DNA of 64,000 bases from a virus (taxonomy: Duplodnaviria; Caudoviricetes). The stretch covers positions 32,001 to 96,000 of IMG/VR virus record IMGVR_UViG_3300028048_000085. One strand, given 5' to 3'. A program made the translations under genes and the position numbers. The notes under the pieces are model-generated. The model saw only the letters and a program-made list of their open reading frames with translations, was not told the DNA's origin and did not search any database. Shown here piece by piece: positions 20,672-31,051 of the stretch; positions within the stretch are counted from its first letter, which is position 1, and the number at the start of each line of letters is the position of its first letter.

Positions 20672-21930
20672 ATGATATTATTTCAGGAAAGAAGGAAAAC
20701 TATCTTGGATAAGAATACAAAAAATAATCAGATACAGATTACATTAACCTATCCACACTCAGACAAATATGAGTTCTATTCAGGTATTGAGATCATTGAT
20801 CTTGACAAGGAGGCAGAAACTGATTTAGCAACTGGTAATGGTTTCTTAATCTCTTCTCCAAAGTCTACAAACAAGAAAGATATCAAAAACCCGGATGGAA
20901 TTTATTCTAGCAAATTCGGTCAGAAGCTGGGAGATGTCAATGAGTTTGCTGATCGATACTCATGTGAGTGTGGATATTTGAAGTCACGTATCAATCGTAA
21001 TTTAACTTGCCCACGTTGTGGTCAGAAGGTTAAGTTTGTTGACGATAACTTCAATATGTTTGGATGGATTATTCTGAAAGATCAATATCATATTATTCAT
21101 CCAAAGTTTTATGAGACCCTAGATTATATTATGGGATCTTCTCAGTATAATACCGAGAGAAAACATATTAAGGGATCAAAGTTAGAGAATATTATTCACT
21201 ATTCTCCAGAAGTTACCCAGGATGGATTTGAAGCACCTTGTGCTTTCAAGCCAGATAAAGAGCCATTTTATGGTATCGGTATGACAGAGTTTTATAATCG
21301 TTTCGATGAGATTTTGGATTATTATTTTAATCTGAATCCAAAGAAAGTTGATTATGTAAATGAGATCAAGAGACATAGAGATATTGTCTTCTGTCATTCT
21401 ATCCCAGTATTCACAACACACTTAAGACCTGCAGATATCCGTGATTCATTTATGTACTTCGAGCCAACAAACGGTATCTATAACATGATCAATCACCACG
21501 TTCATTCTATCAATAATGATAAGAGAAAAATGAACCAGAATATGATCGTTAAGAATTCCGAGCTGTATAAAGTACAGATGAAATTCATGGAATTATCCAG
21601 CGAGATTATGAATATCTTAACAGGTAAGAAGGGTCAGTTACGAATGCTTGTCGGCGGACGATTTAACTTCTCATGTCGAGCAGTTATTCGTCAGGATGCT
21701 ACATTAAGAGTAGACCAAGTTAAACTGCCATATGTAGAACTGGTTAAATGCTTGCAGCAGCAGATTATCAATATCTTAATCAGATCTTATAATATCAATC
21801 CTTCTGATGCATATGATAAATGGTCAAGAGCTATTGCCAAGAAAGATGAACGTATAGCAGAGATCATTGACAGCATCATCCACGCAAACCCAGAAGGATT
21901 ACCAGTAATAATTAACCGGAACCCCACAAT
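20672..21930 (+). CDS. Multisubunit RNA polymerase beta' N-terminal subunit (probably non-virion RNAP), exon 1
   Basis: GIYSSKFG, Zn ribbon CECG...CPRC, GKKGQLR...GGRFNFSCRAVI, ends INRNPT(I). True start is likely TTG 20705. Confidence 0.9.
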
Positions 21931-23516
21931 CGTAACCCAAGACGTATAAAAGCGTAATTATACGCTATTCGTAAGCGAACTCTATAATTCCCTTTAAATT
22001 AAAGGGTTTTACATAGTCGAATATTAATTTTGTACAATGATACGTAACACTGTACATAATTATAATAGAAGAATTTGCTTAACGATAGTGTAATAAAAAT
22101 ACTGGTTGATCTCGCAAGGATGCTTACATCAATAATATGCTTTGTGAGATGAAATCTATTTAATTGTCTGGGACGATGAGGTAAAGCCAAGGAAGCTACA
22201 ACGTGGTTGGAAACGACGAGCGTGAATGCCAGATGGAAACACAGAAAAAATTTCTTGGATCGAACTATGGACGATAGTAAGTCCTAAGGTTTGGCGTACA
22301 ATCCGCGATCAGCAGCGAAGCTCCGTACGATATATTATATAATATATCAGGAGAACGTTCAACGACTATCCGAAAGGTAAATATCTCCTATTGTAACTAT
22401 CAATATTTTTATAAGGAGATATAAATATGAATACTAAGAATCCAAAGTTTGACAGCGGTAGCTATGTAAATGGTCGGTATACCACTAAGAATGGTTTTAC
22501 TGGTTCTGGACTAGGTTGTCCAAAAGGAACAAGATTATTTGATCCAAAAATAATTAAACCATATTTTATAGAACCAGAGGACAAATTAGATGGTGAGATA
22601 TTTCAAACATTAACCCAAGAGGTTGCTCCTGGTGTGTATAATTATTATGCTATTAGTAATTATGGCAGAATTTATAATTATTACAGCGAACAAATTATGA
22701 AAGAATCTTATAGACCAAATGGCTACGGCTATTATAATCTTAGATCGGAGTTTGGAAAGAAGAATCAGAGAAAATATTCTACACATAGAATGGTTATGCA
22801 AACATTTGAGCCAAATGAACATGCTGATGATTTGGTTGTAAATCATATTAATAGCAATAGGAAGGATAATAGATATAATGTTCATCTATCAGATGGAACT
22901 GTCGTGAATAATTTGGAATGGTCAACATATAGTGAAAACTCAATTGCTTGTAGAGAAGTAACTAATACATTCCAGTCATATGTATTATCTGAGCAAGATG
23001 TTCATACAATTCGTCAGATGTATCTGGATGGTCATACATATGCAGTTATCAATGCACAATTTCCTAATGTTACCGTAAATACTATTCAAAATATATGTAG
23101 AAATAAATCTCATGTAGATCCAAACTATTATCCAGATAGAAAAAAGAATGCATTTAATTATAATATCGATAACACGTTGAAGTTATCTGATCGTGATGCA
23201 GATATTATAAGAAAGCTCAACGCAGATGGTAAGTCTTATAGAGAAATTCAATCAAATTATTTCCCAAATGTCTCCATAGGAACTATTGGAAATATTTGTA
23301 ATTATAAGACCCATGATACAAGAAGCCATCATAATGCATTCTTAGATTCTATCTAATATGTATTCATATGCCTGAGGTTAGGGCCTGTAATCATATATAA
23401 CCTATGGTTACAGGTAGGGCATTTGGGAAGGTAAGTCCCTTTAATCCGAAATGGTAGACATTAAGTAAGCTAATGAAGATATAGTCTAGTCTTTAGTGAA
23501 ATACTAAAGTAAATCG
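21931..23516 (+). mobile_element. Group I intron (1586 nt) encoding an HNH homing endonuclease
   Basis: Exon ends ...ACAAU and the intron ends ...AAUCG. Splicing gives NRNPTI-NYGSILQ in frame. Core motifs AAUUGUCUGGGA, AUCAGCAGCG, GUUCAACGACUA and AAGAUAUAGUCU. Confidence 0.9.
22427..23356 (+). CDS. Intron-encoded HNH homing endonuclease
   Basis: NUMOD4-like YAISNYGRI, HNH core HRMV...VNHINSNRKDN...NLEWSTYSEN, two C-terminal HTH-like repeats. Confidence 0.9.
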   Translation: MNTKNPKFDSGSYVNGRYTTKNGFTGSGLGCPKGTRLFDPKIIKPYFIEPEDKLDGEIFQTLTQEVAPGVYNYYAISNYGRIYNYYSEQIMKESYRPNGYGYYNLRSEFGKKNQRKYSTHRMVMQTFEPNEHADDLVVNHINSNRKDNRYNVHLSDGTVVNNLEWSTYSENSIACREVTNTFQSYVLSEQDVHTIRQMYLDGHTYAVINAQFPNVTVNTIQNICRNKSHVDPNYYPDRKKNAFNYNIDNTLKLSDRDADIIRKLNADGKSYREIQSNYFPNVSIGTIGNICNYKTHDTRSHHNAFLDSI

Positions 23517-23880
23517 CAATTATGGATCAATTTTGCAGATGTGGTGTGTAGGTTATACAGACACACTAACAATGTCTGTACCATTACAGGCAATTAAGTC
23601 AATGGGTGCAGACTTTGACGGAGATGTATTAAATATCTTCCATATTATTAACCAGACATTCTTAGAGAGAACAAATAGAATCTTTAATCCAAGGAATGCT
23701 ATGTATATCTCTCGTATTGATGGTAAACTCAATAGTGATCTAGTTGTTTCAAGAGATACAATTATCTGTGCACAGACACTATTATCTCTTGGTCGTAACA
23801 ACTACACTAAGAAGAATCTGGATAAAATTAAACGTATTAAAGAGAAGCAGAAGCAGTACTTCATGCAGACTAATGTGTAA
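23517..23880 (+). CDS. RNA polymerase beta' N-terminal subunit, exon 2
   Basis: Contains the catalytic motif GADFDGD. Confidence 0.9.
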
Positions 23881-23927
23881 TATGAAAGATAGATAATTGT
23901 TATTACTAGAAAAGAGAGGATGAGATT

Positions 23928-24719
23928 ATGTTAAACAATAATAATGTGTCTACTGGTGGACGTAATATGTTACCAGCTTTCATTATTAATAGTGAAGGAA
24001 CAAATATTGCAAGGCCGACAATAGCATCATTAGAAGATGCTGATAAGTTTGTAAGTGAACGTATTGGTACAGATGGTACATTTAGTTGTTATCTGGGAGA
24101 AGAGATTCTCATTAGGGATGGTGCATATAATGATATATGGCAGGTTGTTGGGGTAGATACCGAGCTGGGCAAAGGTGACACACCATTAATTAAACACCAT
24201 ATTACATTAGTACCAAAGGCAATTATTGATGTCAGTAAGATTCATAGTAGCAATGTTGATTGTCATGGTTATGCTAATAGTGATATGATGTATGCTAAAA
24301 CAATACCTAACATTGTTACTCATCTTGAGAAGGTGTTAGGTGATCATCTATTAGAACGTAGAGTTAAGTTATCTAATGCTACATCTGATAATACATCACC
24401 TAATGCTTACATATCATCTGATAATGGGTACTATAGCGTGAAGGCTAACCTGTTATGTCAGATGCAGGTATTTGGTACAGTAGATAGTTCAAATAGTAAT
24501 GAATATGATACCGGAGATGATACTGAACAGTTACCTGGCTTTAAGTATGGCGAAGTTGATAAAGGCATTGATAATTGGTATTGGCTGCGAGACGTCTACG
24601 GATACGTTAGCAGCGGCAGCTACTACGGTTTCAGCGGTGTCAATACTGATGGGTCTCTCGACTACACCAACGTCAACGCCAGCACCGGCGGCGTTCGCCC
24701 ACTTATTACCATTGGATAA
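23928..24719 (+). CDS. Probable DGR target protein (C-type-lectin-like/DUF6273-like fold)
   Basis: C-terminus WYWLRD...GGVRP is the usual frame of DGR variable proteins. Confidence 0.7.
   Translation: MLNNNNVSTGGRNMLPAFIINSEGTNIARPTIASLEDADKFVSERIGTDGTFSCYLGEEILIRDGAYNDIWQVVGVDTELGKGDTPLIKHHITLVPKAIIDVSKIHSSNVDCHGYANSDMMYAKTIPNIVTHLEKVLGDHLLERRVKLSNATSDNTSPNAYISSDNGYYSVKANLLCQMQVFGTVDSSNSNEYDTGDDTEQLPGFKYGEVDKGIDNWYWLRDVYGYVSSGSYYGFSGVNTDGSLDYTNVNASTGGVRPLITIG
24582..24701 (+). other. Putative DGR variable region (VR)
   Basis: Abrupt GC-rich patch in which most codons end in C (tac, agc, ggc, ttc, gtc, gac, acc, aac, gcc), as expected from adenine mutagenesis of AAC codons. Unlike the T/A-ending codons in the rest of the gene. 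Confidence 0.7.
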
Positions 24720-24830
24720 CAGATTGGTGTTATTGCTTAAATATTTTATTGGTTGATATCAATTAATAAGAGAGGAGGGATTATTCGTCCCTCTTCTTTT
24801 TATATTAATTGAAATTAGGAGGTATATTAT

Positions 24831-25409
24831 ATGGTAAGTATAAATGATGTTATGATTCATGATTATATGAATTCACCAAAAGTTGAATTTTGTAACTATA
24901 GAACACTGCCAAGAAAGGATATTAGAGATGACATAATATATGCAGTCTTCAATCTATTTGAATTGGAAGTGGATTTTTATATTTATTATTGTCATGAATT
25001 GGTGTGGATCAACTGTCTATTGCGAGATGACATGATCTACAAAGATGCACACAATGGAAATTTAGTTAGTTTGGAGAGATATAAGCTGGCAGCAAGAGCA
25101 TTAAAATCTCTTGATTTGAAAGATAGTGAATATCCACTGATATTCAAACATATGATCAATGATACGATTGATACATCTATTGATTTTGATATGTTGAGGA
25201 TTAATAATAATATTTTTGCAATGCGATCAGATATACCAAAAGCATATTATTCTTCTAAGAAGTTCTTAGAGGAGAATAATATTACTGTTGATAAGCAATA
25301 CGTTAGTTTAGAAGATGTACTACATAGAGAATTATTTTCTGAAGAAGAATTATTAAAATTTAGAGCGTGGGTTATATATGGACACCAGCTATCTATATGG
25401 AAGTTTTAA
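24831..25409 (+). CDS. Hypothetical protein
   Basis: 192 aa, AGGAGG RBS. Confidence 0.6.
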   Translation: MVSINDVMIHDYMNSPKVEFCNYRTLPRKDIRDDIIYAVFNLFELEVDFYIYYCHELVWINCLLRDDMIYKDAHNGNLVSLERYKLAARALKSLDLKDSEYPLIFKHMINDTIDTSIDFDMLRINNNIFAMRSDIPKAYYSSKKFLEENNITVDKQYVSLEDVLHRELFSEEELLKFRAWVIYGHQLSIWKF

Positions 25410-25448
25410 TATCTCACAAGATGATAGTGGATGGGATGGTGAATAACT

Positions 25449-25769
25449 ATGAAACCAATTAAAATTATAGGAATAGATGAGCGTGCACAAAAAACGTTAT
25501 ATGATGCAGCCGTAATACTGAACACAAATGCACAGGAATGTATGGAAAAGGTATGTAATGTTATCGATGATGTGGCTGCAACAATTGAAAAACAACTCGA
25601 ATTGTTAGATGTGGATCTTCCAGACTTAGAGTTACCAAGATCTCCGGAAGAGATTAAAAAAGATATTAAGCATGAGAAAAATCCTATGAGATTGAAGCAG
25701 CTTAATAAGGAATTGAATGAGTCATATAAAGTATATAATAAAAGGAGGAAATATGAAAACAAAATTTAA
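25449..25769 (+). CDS. Hypothetical protein
   Basis: 106 aa, overlaps the thyX start. Confidence 0.55.
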   Translation: MKPIKIIGIDERAQKTLYDAAVILNTNAQECMEKVCNVIDDVAATIEKQLELLDVDLPDLELPRSPEEIKKDIKHEKNPMRLKQLNKELNESYKVYNKRRKYENKI

Positions 25770-26370
25770 CAGAATTATTGATGATTGGAAGACAGTAAAA
25801 AATCATTGTCGGACAACAGTAGGGAAAGAATTTACAGAGAAAGAACCAACTAAGAAATTTATTAAGGCAATGCTCATTGCAGAGCATTCTCCGATCCGGC
25901 TTATTGAATTCGATTGGTCATGGCAGAACATTAGATACTGGGTATCTACTGAATGGAGCAGGCATAAGTTCGAGAAGTTCATCTCTAGCCAGAGAAACGA
26001 TCGTCAAGATAAGTATGATCGGAATAAGGCTCCTCAAGATGCTAAGGTAACATTTGATGGTTATGCTAATATGCAGAACCTGATTGATACTTTCAGAAAA
26101 AGACTATGTTTGCAAGCTGCAGGTAAAGCAAGGCGGTTGGGAGAAGATTTTAAAATTAAACTCTCTGAGACTAATCCTCTGGAGGCTGCTGTCTTAGTTC
26201 CTAACTGCATCTATAGAGCAGGTTGCCCTGAATTCGGCAACTGCCAATACTGGAACTGTTTTGTTGATTGGTGCAAGAAGAATGGAAAGAATATCGATAC
26301 AATCCAGAGTAGGTATGATGCTTATAACGAGTACTTTCGATGGACAAAACGGAAACTGAAGTTCCATTAA
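25753..26370 (+). CDS. thyX: FAD-dependent thymidylate synthase
   Basis: AEHSPIR, VSTEWSRHKF..SSQRNDR (RH-x7-S-x-R-type motif), RKRLCLQA and PNCIYRAGCPE. AGGAGG RBS before ATG 25753. Confidence 0.75.
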   Translation: MKTKFNRIIDDWKTVKNHCRTTVGKEFTEKEPTKKFIKAMLIAEHSPIRLIEFDWSWQNIRYWVSTEWSRHKFEKFISSQRNDRQDKYDRNKAPQDAKVTFDGYANMQNLIDTFRKRLCLQAAGKARRLGEDFKIKLSETNPLEAAVLVPNCIYRAGCPEFGNCQYWNCFVDWCKKNGKNIDTIQSRYDAYNEYFRWTKRKLKFH

Positions 26371-26691
26371 TGTGTAGGAGGTAAGATAAGAATGAGTGAA
26401 CAGGAAGTCGAAATCTATGAGGCTGAACATCAACCACAATTAGAGGAATTGTGGTTACAGTTATATGGAAATTTTAATGGTTTGCAAGATGATGAGGATG
26501 AGTAAACAATGAAAGAATTGAATATAATTGATGAAAGCGTGATTCCTATTTCAGATAGAATGACCAATGAAGATGTGGTTGAAAAAAATCTTTGGCAAAG
26601 ATATTTGTTACACTTTAATTAGCGTGGTGTATATATCTCGTTGTGAGAAATTGGCGAAATGGTGGAACGCACCATATAAGGGGGTGATTGA

Positions 26692-27024
26692 ATGACTAGG
26701 GATATGGATACAATTAAAATGAGTTATGAAGAAATGATAGATACACTTAAAGGTTTGGTATTTGGAACATTTGATAGAACAACTGCCAAGGAGCGAGAAG
26801 CACTTGGCATGGCAATCAAGGCACTGCAAACAGAGCCATCAGCAGGTGTAATTCTGATTCCGGAGGGAGCAACCAACGGCGATATGATTAAAGTTATATT
26901 TCCTAATGTAGAATGTGGAAAAGATGAATTAGGGAATGTGTTTATCATATCGAGTGCACAGTTAGGTTATATTGCGTTTAGAGAAAGTTGGTGGAACGCG
27001 CCATATAAGAAAGGAATGGAATAA
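26692..27024 (+). CDS. Small temperate-phage-type hypothetical protein
   Basis: EALGMAIKALQ, ATNGDMIK and WWNAPYK are motifs typical of clostridial prophage accessory ORFs. Confidence 0.6.
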   Translation: MTRDMDTIKMSYEEMIDTLKGLVFGTFDRTTAKEREALGMAIKALQTEPSAGVILIPEGATNGDMIKVIFPNVECGKDELGNVFIISSAQLGYIAFRESWWNAPYKKGME

Positions 27025-27203
27025 TGGGAGATGAGAGATTGAAAAATATTGAGTTATTGAGTGAATTAAGATCTCAATATAGTTGTTTTGATGAAAAAGA
27101 AGAACCATATTATCGAGCCTTGTCAGTAGGTATTGCAGCTATCAGAGAACAGATATCTGCTAATAATGAAGAGCAGGCTCGTGAAGAAAGCGAGGAATAA
27201 AGA

Positions 27204-27503
27204 ATGGTAGGAATCGAAGGGATGAAAATGCCGGGCGACTGTATCAGTTGCCCTTTCTTAAAAGCCGATGGTACAAGATTCTTTTGTAGTCGAATAATGA
27301 AGTATATAGATAAAAATGATCTCGAAAGTAAACATAATGAATGCCCTCTAGTAGATATCGTTACTTGTAAGTATTGCAAACATTGGAAGGACAGTGATGG
27401 AGTATATCGCAGAGGTATTGGTGCTGAAAGCAAATGTCCGTTAAATACCAAAGAAGTATTTAAAGGAAACTTTTATTGTCCAATTGGTGAAAGGAGAAAA
27501 TAA
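27204..27503 (+). CDS. Small Cys-rich hypothetical protein
   Basis: CISCPF, CKYCKHW and FYCPIGER. Confidence 0.6.
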   Translation: MVGIEGMKMPGDCISCPFLKADGTRFFCSRIMKYIDKNDLESKHNECPLVDIVTCKYCKHWKDSDGVYRRGIGAESKCPLNTKEVFKGNFYCPIGERRK

Positions 27504-27756
27504 AAATGGATTATATTGAATACTTATGGAGAGTATATGATAAATTAAAAATTGATTACTATTGTGGTCGGATAGACAAATATCCACCATTTCCTATATG
27601 GAGTAGATAGGGAAGCAAAAGGAGGTATACTGATGGAGGATGAAAAAGAAGAACCATATTATCAAGCTGTGTCAACAGCTATTGCAGCTATCAGAGAACA
27701 AATATGTGCTAATAATGGAGCACAGATTGTTTATTTGATGGTAGTGGAGGAAGACA

Positions 27757-28026
27757 ATGATGTTTGATAAAGATTTATTTCTTTCTATATGTGAGAAATA
27801 CGATGTAGAACTTAGTCAAACTGCGGATAGTCCTATGCTTAAGGAGGACGGGGGAAGAATGACAGATAAAGAGAAACAAATCAATTTGCAAGTGATTGAT
27901 ATAAGAGCAAACTTGCATAATATTATGAAAGATATTGAGCCAAAAGAATTATATGATAAATTGGTTGATATTGATAATCAGATATATAAGATAAGAGAGA
28001 TTCTGATGCAGAGTGAGGTAGAATAA
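27757..28026 (+). CDS. Hypothetical protein
   Basis: 89 aa with RBS. Confidence 0.5.
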   Translation: MMFDKDLFLSICEKYDVELSQTADSPMLKEDGGRMTDKEKQINLQVIDIRANLHNIMKDIEPKELYDKLVDIDNQIYKIREILMQSEVE

Positions 28027-28655
28027 TGACAAGAGAAGGATTAATAAATTATGGAGAAATGTTCCTTGAAGTGAACAATGATTCGAAAAATAGTAACACA
28101 TATGAATTTATTGAAGAGGCACTCAAATTATTCAAACAGGATTCTGTTCTCGTTAAGATAAAATCCGAGATAAAAGAATGGTATTGGCAAGCTGATAAAC
28201 AAGCATTAGCAGGAGACCCTTGCGTGGTTGATGGTATGATTGACTTGTTTATCCGAACTATCAACAAGTATGAGAAAGGAACCCCGATTAAACACTGTGA
28301 AAAAGCAGTGAGTGTGCAAGATTGCATCAATGCTATTGAAAATACAGATTGTGAATTATCTCCACAAGCATGGAAAGAAATTACAACCAGTATAATGTCT
28401 TTACCACCTGCAATACCCACACGCAAGAAAGGTAAGTGGATAAAAATAGGTGATAGAGGTTTTGGTGTATCTGACACTGTGATTTGTAAATGCTCTGAAT
28501 GTGAATATAAAACAGAATTTAGGGGAAAATTTGATGGACATGATCTTGTTATAGATCCGAAGCACGCTCATAAATATTGCCCTAGTTGTGGATTAGAGAT
28601 GGAGAATGCAGAACGAAATATATTTGGCAAATATAAGGAAATGGAGGTTGATTAA
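28026..28655 (+). CDS. Prophage-type protein with C-terminal Zn ribbon
   Basis: KGKWI...CSEC...YCPSCG. Confidence 0.65.
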   Translation: MTREGLINYGEMFLEVNNDSKNSNTYEFIEEALKLFKQDSVLVKIKSEIKEWYWQADKQALAGDPCVVDGMIDLFIRTINKYEKGTPIKHCEKAVSVQDCINAIENTDCELSPQAWKEITTSIMSLPPAIPTRKKGKWIKIGDRGFGVSDTVICKCSECEYKTEFRGKFDGHDLVIDPKHAHKYCPSCGLEMENAERNIFGKYKEMEVD

Positions 28656-28656
28656 T

Positions 28657-29376
28657 ATGGCTTTTAAATTTACAGAGGAGTCCCACATGCTTAATCAAGA
28701 AGAGATTGATAAGCTGTCTATCGATGATCAGCTTAGACATATTATGATAAACACTGGAAGCATATTATTAAGCACACGTATTGCTTATATATCTTGCTGG
28801 GAAGCTATGCGCAAATCAATCGACAAGTACATATCTCTACGTCCCAAAATAAATCAGCTATGCACAGATTTTGCAAATCTTTCAACAGAAGAGGTTATAT
28901 CAAATCTGGCGGATAAAGAAGATTATGATGGTTGTAAAGAAACTGTAAAGAGTCTCCAGAATATTATTGATAGATGTAAAGAGTTCATGGATGATTTGGA
29001 ACAGAATATGGGAAAGTATGTAGAGTTTACTGATCCAGAATATTATGTATTGATTGATAAAGTAACTATCTTTCTCAATACACAGAAAACATTTAGGGCC
29101 TATAGCAACAATATCGATGATATCAAAGATATAATTTTATCAAAATGGTTTGACAGGATAGATTCAATTATTGATTCTATATTAGATGAATCTGCAGATA
29201 GTAATTATAAAGAATTATTATTCACATATGAGCCCGATATCAAAGCAGACATTGAGAAATTACGGGATGATATTGAGGCAAAGATAGCAGAAGATGAAGA
29301 GCTTAATCCTGAGTTAAAGATGTCATCTTTGGTGCTCAAAACTATTAACAATTCAGCTAGGAGGTTAATTCTATGA
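28657..29376 (+). CDS. Hypothetical helical protein
   Basis: GGAGG RBS before ATG 28657. Confidence 0.65.
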   Translation: MAFKFTEESHMLNQEEIDKLSIDDQLRHIMINTGSILLSTRIAYISCWEAMRKSIDKYISLRPKINQLCTDFANLSTEEVISNLADKEDYDGCKETVKSLQNIIDRCKEFMDDLEQNMGKYVEFTDPEYYVLIDKVTIFLNTQKTFRAYSNNIDDIKDIILSKWFDRIDSIIDSILDESADSNYKELLFTYEPDIKADIEKLRDDIEAKIAEDEELNPELKMSSLVLKTINNSARRLIL

Positions 29377-30308
29377 CAGGAACACAGGTTATTACTACGG
29401 TTAAAAGAGACGATATTCCAGAATATTTTTCTAATATTTCACAGTACTTATTCTCAGTTTATGATCCAGATATGCGTATTAAGATGCGTAAGTATAATAT
29501 TATCAACGATAATCTGGTATCTGCTACAACATATTATCTCAAGTTATCTGATGATTTGAACTCTATCATTGTTAGTGCAAAAGCACCTAATACAGAAGAG
29601 AATAATGCTGGTTATAGACACAACGATTTAGACGTTACATATAACTCTAAGATTGTTGCTATAGATGCTACAGATGTGAATAATAATATGATAGTTCCAC
29701 CTACATATTATACATGTAACCATAAATTATCAATGAAGATTTTTATACCAATCACTTTTGGAAAATCTAGTGGCGCACAAAATCTGAAGCTTTCACTGAA
29801 TAGTGTATTTTCTACATCAGTGTCTGATACTATTGAACGAGTGAAGTCAGAGTTCTCCGGTAATATTAAATATGGACAATGGGATTTACATCCTGATAAG
29901 ACATATAGTCTGTATATACTGCTTCCTAATTCTAAGACAGTACCAGTTGTACGATTAACAGATGATGAAGTACGATTAGAAGATCTGATCAATCCGGAAT
30001 ATGATGATGATCATGTATTATACAGCAATTATCTGGAAGAATATGAGGTATCTCAGGAGAAGACAAGAGTTGTTCCCGCAAGAGCAGTTACCAATATAAC
30101 ATTCGATGCAAAGAATCGTATGCAGAATGAGTTGAATGTCAAGTATGATAATATGCTCAAAATGTTAGAGAAGCAGCAGAAGCAGATGGTAACTACGGAT
30201 AAGGAATCTATTGATGTCAAAGTTGATCTCTCAAAGAAAAATGGAAATGGTCAGACTATTGCATTAGAACCAGGAGCAGTTATCATGCCAGGTGATAAGT
30301 TTTGTTAA
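29373..30308 (+). CDS. Hypothetical protein (311 aa)
   Basis: ATGA-coupled long ORF. Confidence 0.65.
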   Translation: MTGTQVITTVKRDDIPEYFSNISQYLFSVYDPDMRIKMRKYNIINDNLVSATTYYLKLSDDLNSIIVSAKAPNTEENNAGYRHNDLDVTYNSKIVAIDATDVNNNMIVPPTYYTCNHKLSMKIFIPITFGKSSGAQNLKLSLNSVFSTSVSDTIERVKSEFSGNIKYGQWDLHPDKTYSLYILLPNSKTVPVVRLTDDEVRLEDLINPEYDDDHVLYSNYLEEYEVSQEKTRVVPARAVTNITFDAKNRMQNELNVKYDNMLKMLEKQQKQMVTTDKESIDVKVDLSKKNGNGQTIALEPGAVIMPGDKFC

Positions 30309-30318
30309 GGAGTAAATA

Positions 30319-30990
30319 ATGTACGAATATGAGCAGTTCTATAACCCATATACATTAAACATATTTTCTGATGCTTCGATGTTAAATGAGAAGCATCAGA
30401 GTATTGGTGGATGTTATGGAGCAATTGCTGTTACTGAAGATCGTGTAATAGAATCTGTATATAAATTTGCAAAAGGTGCTACAAATAACAATTGTGAGAT
30501 AAAAGGTTTAAGATCCGCTTTACGTTTAGCAAATCGTTATAAGAATAATTTCAGAGTCATTAATATATTTAGTGACTCTGATATATCTATATCGGGTTTA
30601 ACAACGTATATCCACAGTTGGAAATATGTGGCAGAAGAGCAGATGTTATATACTAAGACAACAAATAAACCCGCTGCTAATCAGGAAGTATTTATTGAAG
30701 CTTTTCATCTATTGGACCATATGATCAAATCTGGATATAATATTAATATCTATCATATAAAGGGTCATACGGACAACTCACCTAATAGTATACAGAAGGC
30801 AACAATAACATTTTGCAAGCTGAACAATATACCTAGAGGTGTTAAAGTTGATATTAATCTGATTGCTTATCTTTGTACTTACAATAACTTGGTAGACTAT
30901 CGATCTAGGGCATTACTAGCAGCTGTTGATTTCAATACACAGAATTATCAAGATCCAATATCATTTTTTGCAACTAGTAGCATTGATTAA
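30319..30990 (+). CDS. rnhA: Ribonuclease HI
   Basis: FSDAS, TNNNCE, IFSDS, HIKGH and NNLVD, the RNase HI D-E-D-(H)-D motifs in order. Confidence 0.9.
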   Translation: MYEYEQFYNPYTLNIFSDASMLNEKHQSIGGCYGAIAVTEDRVIESVYKFAKGATNNNCEIKGLRSALRLANRYKNNFRVINIFSDSDISISGLTTYIHSWKYVAEEQMLYTKTTNKPAANQEVFIEAFHLLDHMIKSGYNINIYHIKGHTDNSPNSIQKATITFCKLNNIPRGVKVDINLIAYLCTYNNLVDYRSRALLAAVDFNTQNYQDPISFFATSSID

Positions 30991-31051
30991 TTTTCAAATT
31001 AATCATATACTATATACTTGATACAATGGTTAATACTTAAGGAGGTTATTT

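Noticed and set aside
21931-21949. C-terminal VTQDV of the 425-aa RNAP ORF, and intein or frameshift explanations
   Set aside because: Read-through into the group I intron. U/G boundaries and P7 motifs explain the split.
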